Under the pieces are notes generated by a model that was given only the letters and a program-made list of their open reading frames with translations, made no database searches and was not told the DNA's origin. 64,000 nt of DNA. Origin: Lingula anatina (lineage: Eukaryota; Animalia; Brachiopoda). Numbering within the stretch: the first letter of the stretch is position 1; each line of letters opens with the position of its first letter. The stretch is from NCBI GenBank assembly GCA_051362555.1, contig CM120640.1, forward strand, positions 31,577,967 to 31,641,966, in the 5' to 3' direction. Of the stretch, positions 1-14,000 are shown piece after piece. The position numbers and the translations under genes are program-made.

Positions 1-2268
1 GGATGATCTAAAATATCAGTAGCATGGTATAATAACACTGTCATTGTTTGGGAATTATTTAATATTGATCTGATTTAGAATTCATTGTATTGTAATGATA
101 AAACTGCCTCCAGAGGAGTGACCATGCTGTGGCCTGTCTCTATCGTATTCTAGTTCTTTCATACAGATGGGTTAGTTTTTTTAACAAGACCTCCTCTCTC
201 ATTCTGTTGAAACTAGTTTACTTTTTCACTGAAGAAAAGGTAAGCCAACACATCCTGTAAAAATTTGAGAATATTTCATGTGATTATCTAGGTGAGCCAA
301 TAGAAATGTATTCCACCTATCCAACGACGACGCGAACAGGTGAAGTGTTCGCGCCGGGATCCACCACTCGCTCGTTGGATGACCCTGCGTATGTGTATGC
401 TGTCAAACCTGCCAGACGTATGTAATGTACAATCCAGTAAAGTTAAAAAACTTGAATCTTAGTATTCATACGTCTTTCATGGGGGTTTTATAAGCAAGGA
501 AGACAAATAGGTGGAAAATTAGAAGGACTAGAGGGACCTTCAGGCATCTTAATTATTTTAGATGAGAAAACAATATTTATAAAGAGCGCTTATCTTTGTT
601 TCACTTCTAGACTAGTTGCTCGCCACTTAATTTCTCTTTATAATTGCATATTATGGAAAACACACATGCACTGAAGTATACTATTTAATTCTCGTGCTTT
701 TAATTATGGCGAAAAAAACACGACAGAATCAATGAACAACAACAACGATTGAATGAAGACGTTCTTTTCATTTATAAAATGATGTAAATACATTTATAAT
801 GATTAACATGGTAAATAAGTAAATATATGTGTAACAATGTTGATATTTAATGGAAATATACAACTTTTTCTTTCTACTGGCAGTACTATGGCTGGTTTAC
901 ACTTCATGCTCTTGGGGCACTCTTGTTTACAACTTCAACCAATAAAGGATTAAATGTTTAATTAACGTGGATTACAACTCATTCTATTATATGTATACTA
1001 CATACTATACTTATGACTATGGAAATAACCACTTTTGGCAATTTAAGGATTCAAAATTGCTTACTATAGACCGTTCGGAGGAATATCATCATTAGTGCAG
1101 CACTCTAAAAACTTTTTCCCTCGTACTAAAAGTTCTTGAAATGCTTTCATATAACCTTTTGCTTGGCTTGTAATGTCTTTTCTAACAAAATTGCACAAAG
1201 CGGCCTGTAAGACGAATCTCGCAAAGATGATTTTAAATTACAACTACATGAGGTTGCAGTCATGAGTTTTTAAACTTCGTTGTGAACTCCAGGAATTCCG
1301 TCGTTCTTTTGCAGCAATTCCTACTCCTTAAGCACTCCTTAAGTTTTACACGCCATAACAATTGAATACATAACTTTGTTAGCTTTTTAAATGAAAAAAA
1401 GATTAGTTGGGATTCCACTTAGACTAAAGACCCTAACTTACATACTTTCCACTGTACATTTTCTTTATACAACGTGAATAAATAAGTTAAATATTTACGA
1501 TATGAAGTAACCCATCAGGTTATTTACCTAGTTCACAATATGTTGTGTAATTTGACTCAAGACACTTAAATGTTAACTTTAAATATAAAATATATAAGTA
1601 CTTGTTAAATTATAATCTTCAAGTAAGAATGTTGAAATAACATTAAAGAAACAGAATTTTAAAGCTGTTTTGACAATAGTGTACTGAAGCGTGAGAAACT
1701 TGATACTAAGTAAGTCAACCTGGAATTGCATTAAACTGAAAGAAAAGATTTCGAAAAGAGTCTTTTAGGTGAAACCTTACCCATATCATTTCTAAGATAA
1801 ACTTATGTGTGACTTGAAACGTAAAGGTGTTTTTTACGTTTGAAAGGTTCTTCTGCAATTTCTGAGCGGTGGTAAAACGTGACTGTCACATTCCTTTGGA
1901 AAAGTTCTTAACGTAAACTTTCTTTCGGAGCCTCCCTTATATTTTCTTAATTTAAAATAAAACACGAGGAATACTGTCAGATCTAGGTATGGCACTTGTT
2001 TATGATTAAATATTCTAATTGTAACATCCGTTTCCGGCATTTTGAAACTTCACTACAGTGGTCCTAGGTCTTGATACGATTTGGCCTCTGAAACAGAAAA
2101 GTCATAATGTTATTGTAACCTTAATGTCACTAGCTGAATTTTATTATTATAGGTTCAATCAATCCTGAAATGCAAACTATGACCTTTTTTATACTTAAGC
2201 AAAAACACATTTTAATTCAAATTAAACTTTTTCGCAAAAAAAAAAAAAAAAAAAAAAAAAACATTCTT

Positions 2269-5200
2269 TCATTTACACGTACTTTTCATATTGTGCTTGG
2301 CCTTGTTCGTTGACGTAGGGTAGGCGTATTCAGATGATGGTTTACTTCTAGCATCCAAAGTATGGCTTCTTGCAGCGTAGTCTACTGGTGTACCTGGTCT
2401 GTATGGTCTACCATAACTGTAGACGGAGCCACCTCCGCCTCTCTGTGACTTTAATGTACCCGGTGTACCATATATGACATTTGGTGGCGCACTTCTCATG
2501 GTGTTACTCTCGTAAACGGACCCTGGATGTCGCAGAACTAAGCCATCTGAAAAGATCATATACTCACATATTGGAACACTGTTTTCATAAAAACCTATTT
2601 TTTCAATATCTTCTAAGATCACGGTTGAATAACACATTTATTCGTACTGCTGTAAAGTACTTTAAGTTTACTCAGTATCTAAGTGTTCACGATTTTCAGT
2701 AAAAAACTGTTTCTTACTCTGTTTTTGTAACTGTTTCTTAGACTGAATAGATTATTTCATTTATAAAGGTCTTAAATAAATTCGAAAAAATATCTCTTAC
2801 GTGGATCATTGACACTGTGCACAGATCTTGACAGGGTGGGAACGTCCGTGTACAGGCCGTTATCGTGTGGCGGTTGTTTGGAAGGGAGTGTACCATTGAC
2901 TCCTCCAGCATATGCCCCATTGTTAACATACACCACAGAGCCTGGTGCTTTATACACGCTGCCTGTCATTACACTACCACGATCCCACTCGTCTTCTGCC
3001 TTAAGGAATTTGTCAATGGTCATACTTTTTAAACGTTTTACTTTCGGCAAGAACATGACAAGGAGGATTAACGTCGCTGTGCACCAAAGTCCAAACGCAG
3101 TTGCGGGGTCCCAATAGTCGGAAAAGTCTTCCCGTGAATGTGGAGAAAGGTGACCGATCAATGTCCATGCAATCCATAAGGCAGCAGTGGCACCAGCTGC
3201 GATTCCAATTAGAATATTCTCTCTGTGATTTGATTTAACTCTGTAGGATCTTACAGCCAGAATTATACAAAGGAGAATCAGGAACATTACGTAGACAAGC
3301 GATAAGACGTGGCTACTAAAATGTAAATGTCTGCAATACCATGTTTGTCCCGTGACCCAAACTCCTTGGGCTGGTTCTACTATTAACCACGTCGAGTCAA
3401 TTCCAACCTGGACAAGGAGAATGAATAGGAAAAGCAGTATTTGGAACACACCATGAAGATAACCAGTCTTCTTTGATTGGAAAATATTCATAAGCTTCAC
3501 AATCAGCACACCAAACATAAAGGCGTAGCAAAATCCAATACCAAATCGAATGATGCCACACGTTGCCGTGGTCTGATACGGTACGTAGGCGAAAAGAACC
3601 AGATAGCTGAGAAATATACCAAACAAAAGGAGCTGCCCCAGCCACAACACTTTCCACTTTGAGAATGGGGTACCAGACACCTTTACAATAATGTAGACCT
3701 CAAATACAATGATCAGGAGAATACCAAGACTTGACAGCACAAGAATTGCGATAACCCAAGAGTCTTGTTTCCGTATTCCTGACGGGGCCTTTTGCTGCTG
3801 TGGGGCGGCGGTTGGTTGAGTCTGTCCGCCGTTACCACCATTAGTTGTCCGCAACGTAGTGGACGTAGTAGACGCGGTGGTAGCACTTGAAGTTTGCTCT
3901 GCAGAGATGGTGGTGGTAGTGATGGGAGAAGTAACGGCTTCACACACTTGACAAGTTGGACAAGTAGAACTGCCCATATTTGGAGGCTGGGACAATGGTG
4001 TTCCCTTCACATATGTTTCTATCTGGAAAAAAATCAATTGTTTAAGAAAAATTGCGCAAGTGCCTACTATAAAAAAAGTGTCCTTTTTCCGCTATGTACA
4101 TACAATGATTATTAGGTGCCACACTGTTGTCGTAATTTACTTTATTATTATTTAAGTACTCAACATTTATGGTGCAATCGACTTTTTAAAAATGGGGCAA
4201 CATAAACTGAATATTGGAGGCAGGAAGGTACAGAAATATGAGTATTCAGTGACCATACTATTAATTCAATCAGTTTTATTTCTTTAATTGCTTGCCTGCC
4301 AAGCGACTTAATGAAGCCTTAATTTTCAAATATTTCTGAAAAAGTCAATAGAAAAAAGGGACATGACCAATTTAGTCCCCCTTATTTTAGGTATATCTAT
4401 TTTAGGTATGTCTTAGTCTTTAACTGGATTGATTGGATTGATTGGATTGTAAGTATCACACTGTTAAATGCAGTATAATGAATCTGTATGCACTCAATAA
4501 CCGTATACAAAATTCAGACGGCATGAACATAACCGCCCCTTTAAGGAAACCGCCAATTATCTTTTTTATCATAAAATACGAATATGCCTGCATTAAAGGT
4601 ACCCACTTACCGATTCATACTGGTTGCGATTTGCACTAAACTTGTTAATGGCAAATTTCACAACTGCTGCGTCTCCGTTCCCCTGGAAAGAAACCCCAGG
4701 GAGTGAAATTTTAAGGATTTCTGCATAAATTTTGTCTAGCTGGGCGTCACTGTTTGAGAACTCGGTGCAAATTTGGTTGACGTTTGGACACATGGCACTC
4801 CGGGCATTCTCTATACCATGAAGAGCGACGTCAACTGCTTGAATGACGTACGCAGTGGATAAATCAATCTCAGAAGTATCCAAATTATTGGTGTTAGGCT
4901 CACAAGGAACCCCCCTATTCGTGGAGCCTGGCAGATCGCAGGCAAATTTTTCCTCCCAGAATGACGCAAAAATTGGGTTTTGAGTTGTGAGGTTTGTTGT
5001 TGGTCTGAGAGCGCGGTAGTAGTCACGGAACGCATTGAAGGAATCCATGTTACCGGGCACTAACGATAATGTCACGGCCCCGTCAGCGGCCTCCTCTACG
5101 CCCTTGACTACTTGCATGAGTGTACCCCATGACGTAGTGGAAATAAATGTAAATTCCCTTTCCGCACCTCTTCTTTTTATTGCTTGTAACACATTTCTAG

Positions 5201-6044
5201 CCTCCACGTGAGTTCCGAAGATGATGACTCCTTTGGTATTTGGAAACGCACTGAGTTTGTCAACAACGCCGTCCATAACTGCATTGTTTACAACGAGTGG
5301 TAATTTAATCTCCTGCGCAACGCACAGACCATTTTCGACGGCCATCTTTTTAAAATTTTCTTTTCCCGCGGTTCCATCTTCGTCTGCCCGGTACATTACT
5401 TGCACAGCGTCCCAGTTTGACTGCGCCTTGATAATCTCGATAAGAACTTGGGATTGCTCACTGTCTGATGGCTGCGTGCGGAGAAACGTTTTAAACACAT
5501 TTGTGTCGCTTAATGTGGGGCTGTTTGCAGAATGACTTATAACAGTCTTTTTCATATGACCTAATATTCTGCCGGCTTCCAAAGCCTGGCTACTTCGTGC
5601 TGGTCCAATATAAGCTAAGATATTGGAAGGCTTCACTGGTGGATCAGCACCATATGCCAAATCACAGCGTTCCAAATTGAATAGGTACTGAACAGCCTGG
5701 TGGGGCCGCGTACAAAAGTCAAACGCCAGCCCCCCAACATCCACACCTTCGAATAATTTCGTCTCATTGTATCGCTGACGAAATGTCTCCAGCGCCCAGA
5801 AAAATGCCTGCATGTTTTGTATGCCCTTTTCTCGGAGTGCTCCACATTTGTAAGGGTTGGGGTCAATCTCGTGCACATCGAACATACCGGCCAAATAGAA
5901 GTGATTTAGAGGCTGGTCTTTGTTTGCCACTAAATGGGCGTAGGGCTGCTGTGAGGCACAGCTCTGTGACGGATCACATTCTTGGCTGTAGGCTAATGTG
6001 AGGACGGCTCCAAGATATGCAACTGTTACAATCATTATGTTCAT
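2269..6044 (-). CDS. Class C (metabotropic glutamate receptor-like) GPCR, orphan; 3 coding exons 6044-4611, 4022-2801, 2546-2269 (~977 aa)
   Basis: Signal peptide (MNIMIVTVAYLGAVLTLAYS), then a Venus flytrap domain with class C motifs (LAGMFDVH, GIQNMQAFFWALE, IGPARSSQA, ISHSANSPTLSD, FLRTQPSD, FWEEKFAC). The 7TM_3 domain has seven hydrophobic helices (LLLFGIFLSY, CGIIRFGIGFCY, NHRENILIG, MFLPKV). Junctions TCG|GTAAGT..CCAG|ATA and CCAC|GTAAGA..TTCAG|AT keep frame. Confidence 0.9.
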
Positions 6045-6945
6045 CTGAAAGTGGATAAACATGACTATTATAACTTATTTAAAAACTAAATTAATCTGTG
6101 TTAAATACGGTGTATTTTGTAATGATAATAATATGATAATGTAGTCTTACATGGCGCTTTACAGATTAAGAGATAAAATGACAACTGAATTAGATGTAAA
6201 AATGACAAATTAAAAGTAAAAAAATAAAAATTACAACTAACTAAAGAAATTCTAAAATTATGAGTCTAAGAGTTACTTATACTAAATTAGAAAAATCTAA
6301 AAAGAATTAGAAGATTAAAAAATAAAATGTTGCTTTATCAGTCACTACAACTGATTAAAAAATGTAGGTCTTTAAAAGTCAATACTTTCAAGTTTTAGTA
6401 TATGTATATTTTTTAATTTCACCTTAAACTCTATCACATCGATACAGGAATGTGACTGTTGGTTTTCTCATTACAAATAAGAGAACGGTAATTTAATGAA
6501 GACACAATAATGTCATAATTACAATTATGGGCACAATATGCAGTTGTGTTAATGTCACGGATGAAAAATACTCAGACATTTTTGATAAGACAGGTAGGGA
6601 GATAATAGTCAGTCGGTCCATCTTGATATCAGACGGCATGTATATATCACGCGTTCAGGTTAGGTGATATTAAAAGAGATATCTGATGTGAACGATGATG
6701 TGCAGTGCCCAGTGGAGAAATCCTGAAGTATTTAGTATTCTTCGAAAAAATGGGATAGCTAGTTTCTGTTAAATAAAGTGACTTGGGTTCACCGCAAACA
6801 TATTTTCTATTGTAACACTTGAATTTACGTAGCACCTAAATCAGTCCACTACTGAATTCAAAAGATATAAAACCACAAGCAAAAGGAAGGCATCCATCAA
6901 ACCGCATAAATGTGATCTTAGAACCAAACAATTAATACTTCATAC

Positions 6946-7020
6946 CTCTGATGAATATTCCAAACAAATATCTCAAACAACTATCTTCAAAAACTCGACT
7001 GCATCAACTTACTGCACTTC
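6946..7020 (-). other. Probable non-coding 5'UTR exon of the class C GPCR
   Basis: The ATG at 6044 directly follows an acceptor TTTCAG. Donor GAG|GTATG at 6946. TATA-like TATATG at about 7040, ~25-30 nt upstream of a GCAGT initiator-like site. Confidence 0.45.
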
Positions 7021-10000
7021 GTCTACGGCCATTTGACATATACCTCCGGCCAATGCCTAAATCTAAATCCAACTTGTTATTAACCTCATATAATTTCGAT
7101 CCACCCTGGGCATAGCGCTTATCTTCTTACAACTTACCGTGATTGCTGATAGCTTTACTTTGAGATAAATAGAAATTATGTACTTTATATACATATATAT
7201 ATAGAGAGACCTAAATATATTGGTTTACACACGTCCCACAAGCAAGTTATGCGTCACTAGTATAAGCAATGATATAGTGTAAACATTATCCAGGCTATGT
7301 TGTCTTATTGGACCCGTGTTGCAACCTGTGTCTGTCCCACCCTCATCAATCTTCCTCGTGAACCCAGCCTTCTCTCCCCGTCAACATATCATCTACGTCA
7401 CTTATTCAAATGTCTTTTGGGGTTTAGGGCCAGGTAGTTCTTAAAATAAACGTGTGATTCTCACTCATTAGAAGACTCATCAATTTTTTTGTCCATGAAT
7501 CACACTTGAAAGACCCGTCACTGGATTAAGATGAATAGACAGTATAATGCAACATGTACATAATTTCAATTTAAGCTAATTGTTATTTCTTCAAGTCTAC
7601 CCAAAGTGAGCGCACATAAAAAGATAGAGGTCTTTTAAAGGTCCCTTTAAAGAGAAAAGAAATAAAGAAAATGGTGTCAATGTAATATCCAAAGTTACGC
7701 CCATAATGAGATATGTATATTTTTAGTGGATAACATGGCGAATGTTTCGATTTTTTTCCACAGTCACTGACATACTCACCGAGTCATTTCATGATAATGT
7801 AAAATGATAAGGACGTGTATATTTACTATTAGTCTCTGAATTTATAATCAATTCAGTAAACGCAGTGACATTATTGCTGTATTAAGCCCGGTGTTGATGC
7901 AATGTACAGACGTAGACTTCAAACGCAAGGGTGGGTCCTCCAAATTGACAGATTTACTTTTTATATAAATATGGAATAGCTTTTAGACATATGGAACTTT
8001 CAAATATTTTTAATATCTCATTAATTATCTTGCAGCTAAATGTGACTTGTGAGGGTTTGCTAAAGGTCGTGCGAAATACCAGTGGCATGTAATCGAGTTT
8101 AGAAAATAAAGCGTCGAAAAGTTGGTCAGAAACGCCGTATTAATTAGTAGAATTGTACACAACATATAATGAATTGAGTGAACTGGATTTCACATTGTGC
8201 CCGATATAAGTTGAGATTTGACCACTAGCGGATGGTCTGATTATCAGGTGTAACGTCTATGATCATCTTGTAAGAGGGTGATTAATACGACCTCGGGTAA
8301 TAGTAGGGAAATAATCAGTTATTAGGCGTTGAAAATGATGCCTTGTAATTGACTTTCTGCGCCTCATTTGTATTATATATATAGAGAGTCAGACACACAG
8401 GTCGCTTCCCTGCCATTATGCAAGTTCATACCATTATCGTCAGCAAGTCAGGATATTTTACCGATGAATGGAAATATTTTCCGATTAAAATTTTAAAAGT
8501 AAAAACATCCGCGCGCGCACACACACACACGCATAGAAAGAGGGGGGGGCGGCGGTGGTGGTGGTGTAATTATACACCAAAATGATATGAAGAATACATG
8601 TATGCATAAGGGGCTGCAATATTTATCAATTTTTATAACTAAACAAAGCATAAATACCATGTATGTTAGTCATCCAGTCGTAAAGATTTTTTTTTTAAAT
8701 CACCAATTAAAAAATCGTCTTCCTCAGTACACCGACACGAGATAAGCAGTGTCTTTGTTATGATAATGGTAAAACATTCATCAATACACATCACGTTGTG
8801 CATCTTCCCGAGGTGGAAAAAGTTTCACAATATTCTTTAAGAAAAAAAGGGAGCATTTTTCTTCCCCATTCTATACCTAGATGAAAGGTGATCTCTTTTT
8901 TAACATGCTGCAGACGCACAAAAACGTCTGCCTGATAAAGCGCAGTTGATATTGACAAAAAGTTGGAGGATACATATTCAGTCTCCGCCCTAAAAGAAAA
9001 CTAGTTCTTGTCTTACTATTAGCCCCCTTGGTCGCCCATTACCGGTGCCTGACCAAGTCACCTGCTATAACACCACTCAATACAGGAACTTGCCAAATAT
9101 GTACAATAAAAACAAACATGACAGCAAGTTAAATTGTGTGTCAAAAATGACATGTGCTATTTTGAAATATAGTCTCGCGTGGTAGTTCCATGCAATACCT
9201 GATTTTTTAATTACAAGCATGCAGGCGGGCTAAGGTCATGCTTGTGTTACAATAATAGTAATATACACAATGAAAGACTCCACTTTCATAATGACCCAAT
9301 ATTCCATTTAACTCAATGGGTGTTGGAACATTAAAATGCATCAGAAGTTCACATACCCCAACCATACTAACCATACCCTGATGTAGGGGAGAACTGCAAT
9401 TTCCCTACATTTTACGCCTGCCCTCAAATAGCACGTACACTTTTAACTTCAACAAAACACTTAAAGACCCGTAACTTTAACTTAAGAGTTTTGACCCCTA
9501 TGTAAAGAACCAAAATTGTAGTGAAGTGCCTACCTTGTCGTCTTTGTCTACAGTGCGCTGCTCCTAAAATCTAAGTAGCTGTCCTGAGTAAAATCATGTG
9601 TCGAGCCATCAGACTTCACCAGGTGTGTAAAATGGGTCGGGTCGGCAGTAGCGCTCAGAAACCATCCTTTAACACTCCCAGTTGTCACAGGAGGCCGGAT
9701 ACCAGTGAGGATAATGCATACAACCCGTTACCATACATGGGTAATTATTACCTGCAGTCAACCGTGGGATATCTCAACATTCCTTTAAAAGAGCGAAACA
9801 ATTTACATCCCAAAACTTGCCCGACCTGTTTTTAAACTACATTAATTCATGCTAAATGCCATTACACTTTATGCAGGATTGCGCCAATTGTCGCGTAGTA
9901 TATACCTGTCCAAAAGGTAAACAGGAGCTGGCATTCTCATATTTCACATAGATGAATTCCCCCCAAGGGTCACTGCTGTGTTAGTTGAGACATCATATTG

Positions 10001-11054
10001 ATGCTTTTTTTCTGTGACATTCAGGCGTAAAATCCATGATCAGCGACAGCAAATAACGCTTAATTTTACCCCCGTTTCGAAAACATTACAGAAAATATAC
10101 ATATTTGATTATTTGAGAATGGGGTAGAACTTAGGAGGATCCTCATTTGAAACAACAGGCACTGAGATTAAGATGTAGCTAAAATAAAGCTTTTTTCATT
10201 TGAAATAATGAAAACATGAACCATATCATAGTATAGCAGAAGTTTTTTTTATTTCCGGATATATCTTAATATTTGTAATATATTTTTTGCCATATCAAAA
10301 AGTCTTACAATGTGATGGGCTAATACAATGGGAAAGTACATAAAAATGTTACGCATTTGAACATGTACGTATTGAACTTGTATGTGTTTATTTCACCATA
10401 CCCAGATGACTATCTGCAGCGCCAGCAATCCAAAAATTGTAAATTAAAAAAAAAATATGTTAAACATTTCCACACATTAGCAATAAAATTCAACTTATCA
10501 TAACTGGTTTTGTTGGGAGTGTAGATAAAGCATCAAGGCATGTACACATTACTCCACTGAGCATCTGATCAGATATTCTGTGAATTAATGTATACTGAAT
10601 ATGCATTATTAAGCTGAGATATCCAAGTAGACCCTAAAAGCCCAAACCATATCAAATGGAATATAATTGATAAAATTCAAATATACTCATTAAGAAAAAA
10701 TTACTTGTCTATCTTTTTGGCAAATGTGTAAAAGGCTACAGTAATGACTTGATCTTTTCAAAGGGTAAAAAAATTATCAATCATTCAGATTGTATTACAT
10801 CATTTTGGTTTCATTAAATAATTATCTTTCTACATATCATTTGTGTACTTTTACTGAAGTCATAAAAGTAATTACCATAATTCTACATAATTCTAGAAAA
10901 CAACTGGAAAATGCTCACAGTTTTATTCTGTCAGCTTTTACTCAGTGTTGCACCACACTTGCTAGTTGGGCAATGTACCATACTCAACTCTCCCTTAAAA
11001 ACTCACTTAAAAGTTTTCCCTTTCATTAATACAAAACTGTTCTCCATGAAGGTG

Positions 11055-14000
11055 TTAATTTGTGATTAAGAGAACTTTTTCAAGCATAAAACTTGCCATC
11101 AAAATAAACACCACTTGCAGAAAAGTCACCAACAATGTCATCCCTTGATATAGCAGCTTGGGAGAGAAGACGCTCCACACAAACAAGTGGTACCGTTGGA
11201 GTGTGACTAGAACTGTGTACACGGCATTGGGAATGCTCTGACTTAAAATGAGTAGACATGCCAGCTGAAGAAAGCTGCAAATAAACAAATTTAAATATAG
11301 AACATCTTTTCCCTTAGGAATTCTTTGGAAGTATTTTCTTGAAATCCAAAAGAGAAATAAAAAGTTTTATTTACTTTCAAAACAACTGGCAACAATAACT
11401 GGCAACAGCTTGATAATTTTCATTAAGATACCCACTTAGCTTAACAACCTTTACACAGTTATATTAAGTTGGAATAGTTGCTAAAAACAAGACATAAATT
11501 ACTTCTATCCATTATTCATACGAAAATTAGCAAACTTGTTTCCATACCTTTCCTTTAACTGCTTCCCAAATTTACCACGTAGAACACATCTCTCTGTTAG
11601 TTTCACCAACAACCCAAGGAACCAGAATACTGGCCCTGCGTAGGTGGCAGAACACATCAGTGTCCCAATCAAGACAGGACTGTATCCATCTAAACCAACA
11701 TAGCCAGCTGATACATCAACTGTTGTAATGCTGTTTGAGTTTCCCTGGAATGCATGTTGCATTGGAAAGCTATTAAAGTGAACAATAATAGTAAAATGGA
11801 AGTTCTATCCCTTTTTTGACTAGCAATTTAGGATAACTGTAGCGTATGTAGATTTAAAATCATAGTGTAATGCTTCATAATGTAAAAAAAAAAACATTTT
11901 TCACATCTCAAACTTTAAGATTTTATCATTATCATGTTACTATTATTATTATTATTATATCACTTTTAAGAGCTCCATCATTATTCAAATTTCTGATATA
12001 TATTTTGTACATATAAATATGTATTAGCGGAAAAAAAGTATTATTATTAAGATTTAATATTAATGTGTGCTTATCTGCATGTATGCACAGCAGGTTAAGT
12101 TTAATGCATTATAAACTGTATTCTTATGATGCATACATTAGGTCTCACCTGGTAAAAGAATGCAGCATTTCCCATCCAAATATATAAAAATATCACACTG
12201 GAATCTTCAGAAAATGCTTCCACAATATCAACAACACAGCGAGAGATCAAAACTTGCTGCAGCAGTATCTGTGCAACCAGGGGAATGTTATGTGGTCTCA
12301 TTAGCAATGTTATGGTCAATGTCCATAAAACTAAAAGTGATTTTGTCAGCTGTAAAAATGTTTGTGTGTTATATGGCTGTAACTTTAGATTCCTGACAGT
12401 CTTGTGAGCTGTATATAGAAGACTTAATGCTACCACAGCATAAACAACCCTGGCTTCCAGCACACCTCTAGAAAGCAAGAAAAAGTTTGTCAACAGTTTC
12501 TTAGTAATGAAAAAAAGTTACAAAAATTAGTTAATTTATTTTGACAATTGATATTTTTAATGTTGAAACATTACATTATTTTCATGAAATTTACAAATTT
12601 GTTGATAATAGTAAATTCAATTTCAAACACTGATTATGGCCTCCCTAAATCAGATCTGACAGTAAATCTGGAAAAAATATTTTAACTCTGCAAATCTATA
12701 CAACTGACACAATTCCTCTTACTTTGTGACTTCTGAATATATTCGAGGTAACACAAGACTACCATTTGCAGCTTTGAAGGTAAAAATTCCCACTGCTGCA
12801 ATAAACACCATTATCTTCAAGAACTGGTCATCTGTGAGTGACATCAAAAGGAAAGTGATCACAGCAAGAGAAACCACCACTATCACAGATAAGGCAGATT
12901 TATTTTCAGGGCTGCAAATAGAAATGAACAATATCATAGAACAGAATCATAACAAAATATATATGAAAAAAGTACTTACTGCAAAGAATTAAGTACCTGT
13001 ACATGAACAACATCAAAATTAATTGTAAAAGCAAAATGATGACCTTAAACACGGTACTAGTAATGTCATTCAGTATATCAGATGTAAAAGACGTATATCA
13101 ATTTATGCAGATTTTATTTAATATGGTATATTACAGTGGATAGCTGACTTATTTCAAAACACAACTCCAATGTCTGTTACCTGACCAACCAGTCCCCAAT
13201 ATCAGTCTGATCTGCCCATTTTATCCCAGTCTGGTTCCATGAACGAAGCAAGCGACAAAGCATCAGAACTATAAGCATTCCAAACACAGTCCAATGGTTA
13301 ACACGTGAAGATGCTTTTCTCATAGAATTTCCAGTATTTTTATTTGACACACTTGATGTATTTCTGTGAAGTTTATTACCAGGGCTGATTTCATGAAGTT
13401 CAGAGGAGGGATGCATCACTGTCCTGAAACAATTTCCTGATTGTTCCGCATGCTTCTGGTCAGGCTTCCTGCAATTTGTTTGGTCAGTGTTACAAGCATC
13501 TTTTAGAGTCATAGAAACAGCATCTGATATTTTGTTCTCATCCTCTAGTTGGTCCTTGTAACTCCATATTGCAAGGCCGGTGACAGCCATGTGTACTGTC
13601 ATTGTAAAGAAATACCAGGTCTGGTGCTCCTCTTCCACAAAACTGCTGGACAACAAGCTTATAGTGTGTAAGACGTTTCCTAGCAGGAAGCATTTTGTAA
13701 CAATTGGTAGCCTGGTCATCTGGAATAGAAAAAATACTCCTTTGAAAGATTAGCTGGTCGAATAAGATCCCGAAAACATCATTAAGTTGTAAAAGAAATA
13801 CCAGTGCTTATCTTAACTTCCATATAAAAAAATTGTTTGATAAAATTGCAACAACTGGATAAACTTGAAATATGCTAGTGATAAAAGTTAAAGGGATAAT
13901 AACTCTTCGTTTTGGCCAAAAAATGAATTTTCCTGGAGTAAACAACAATTTTCCCATACTTCCCAATGGTTAATCAATCCACTTTTAATTCAAAGTTAGT

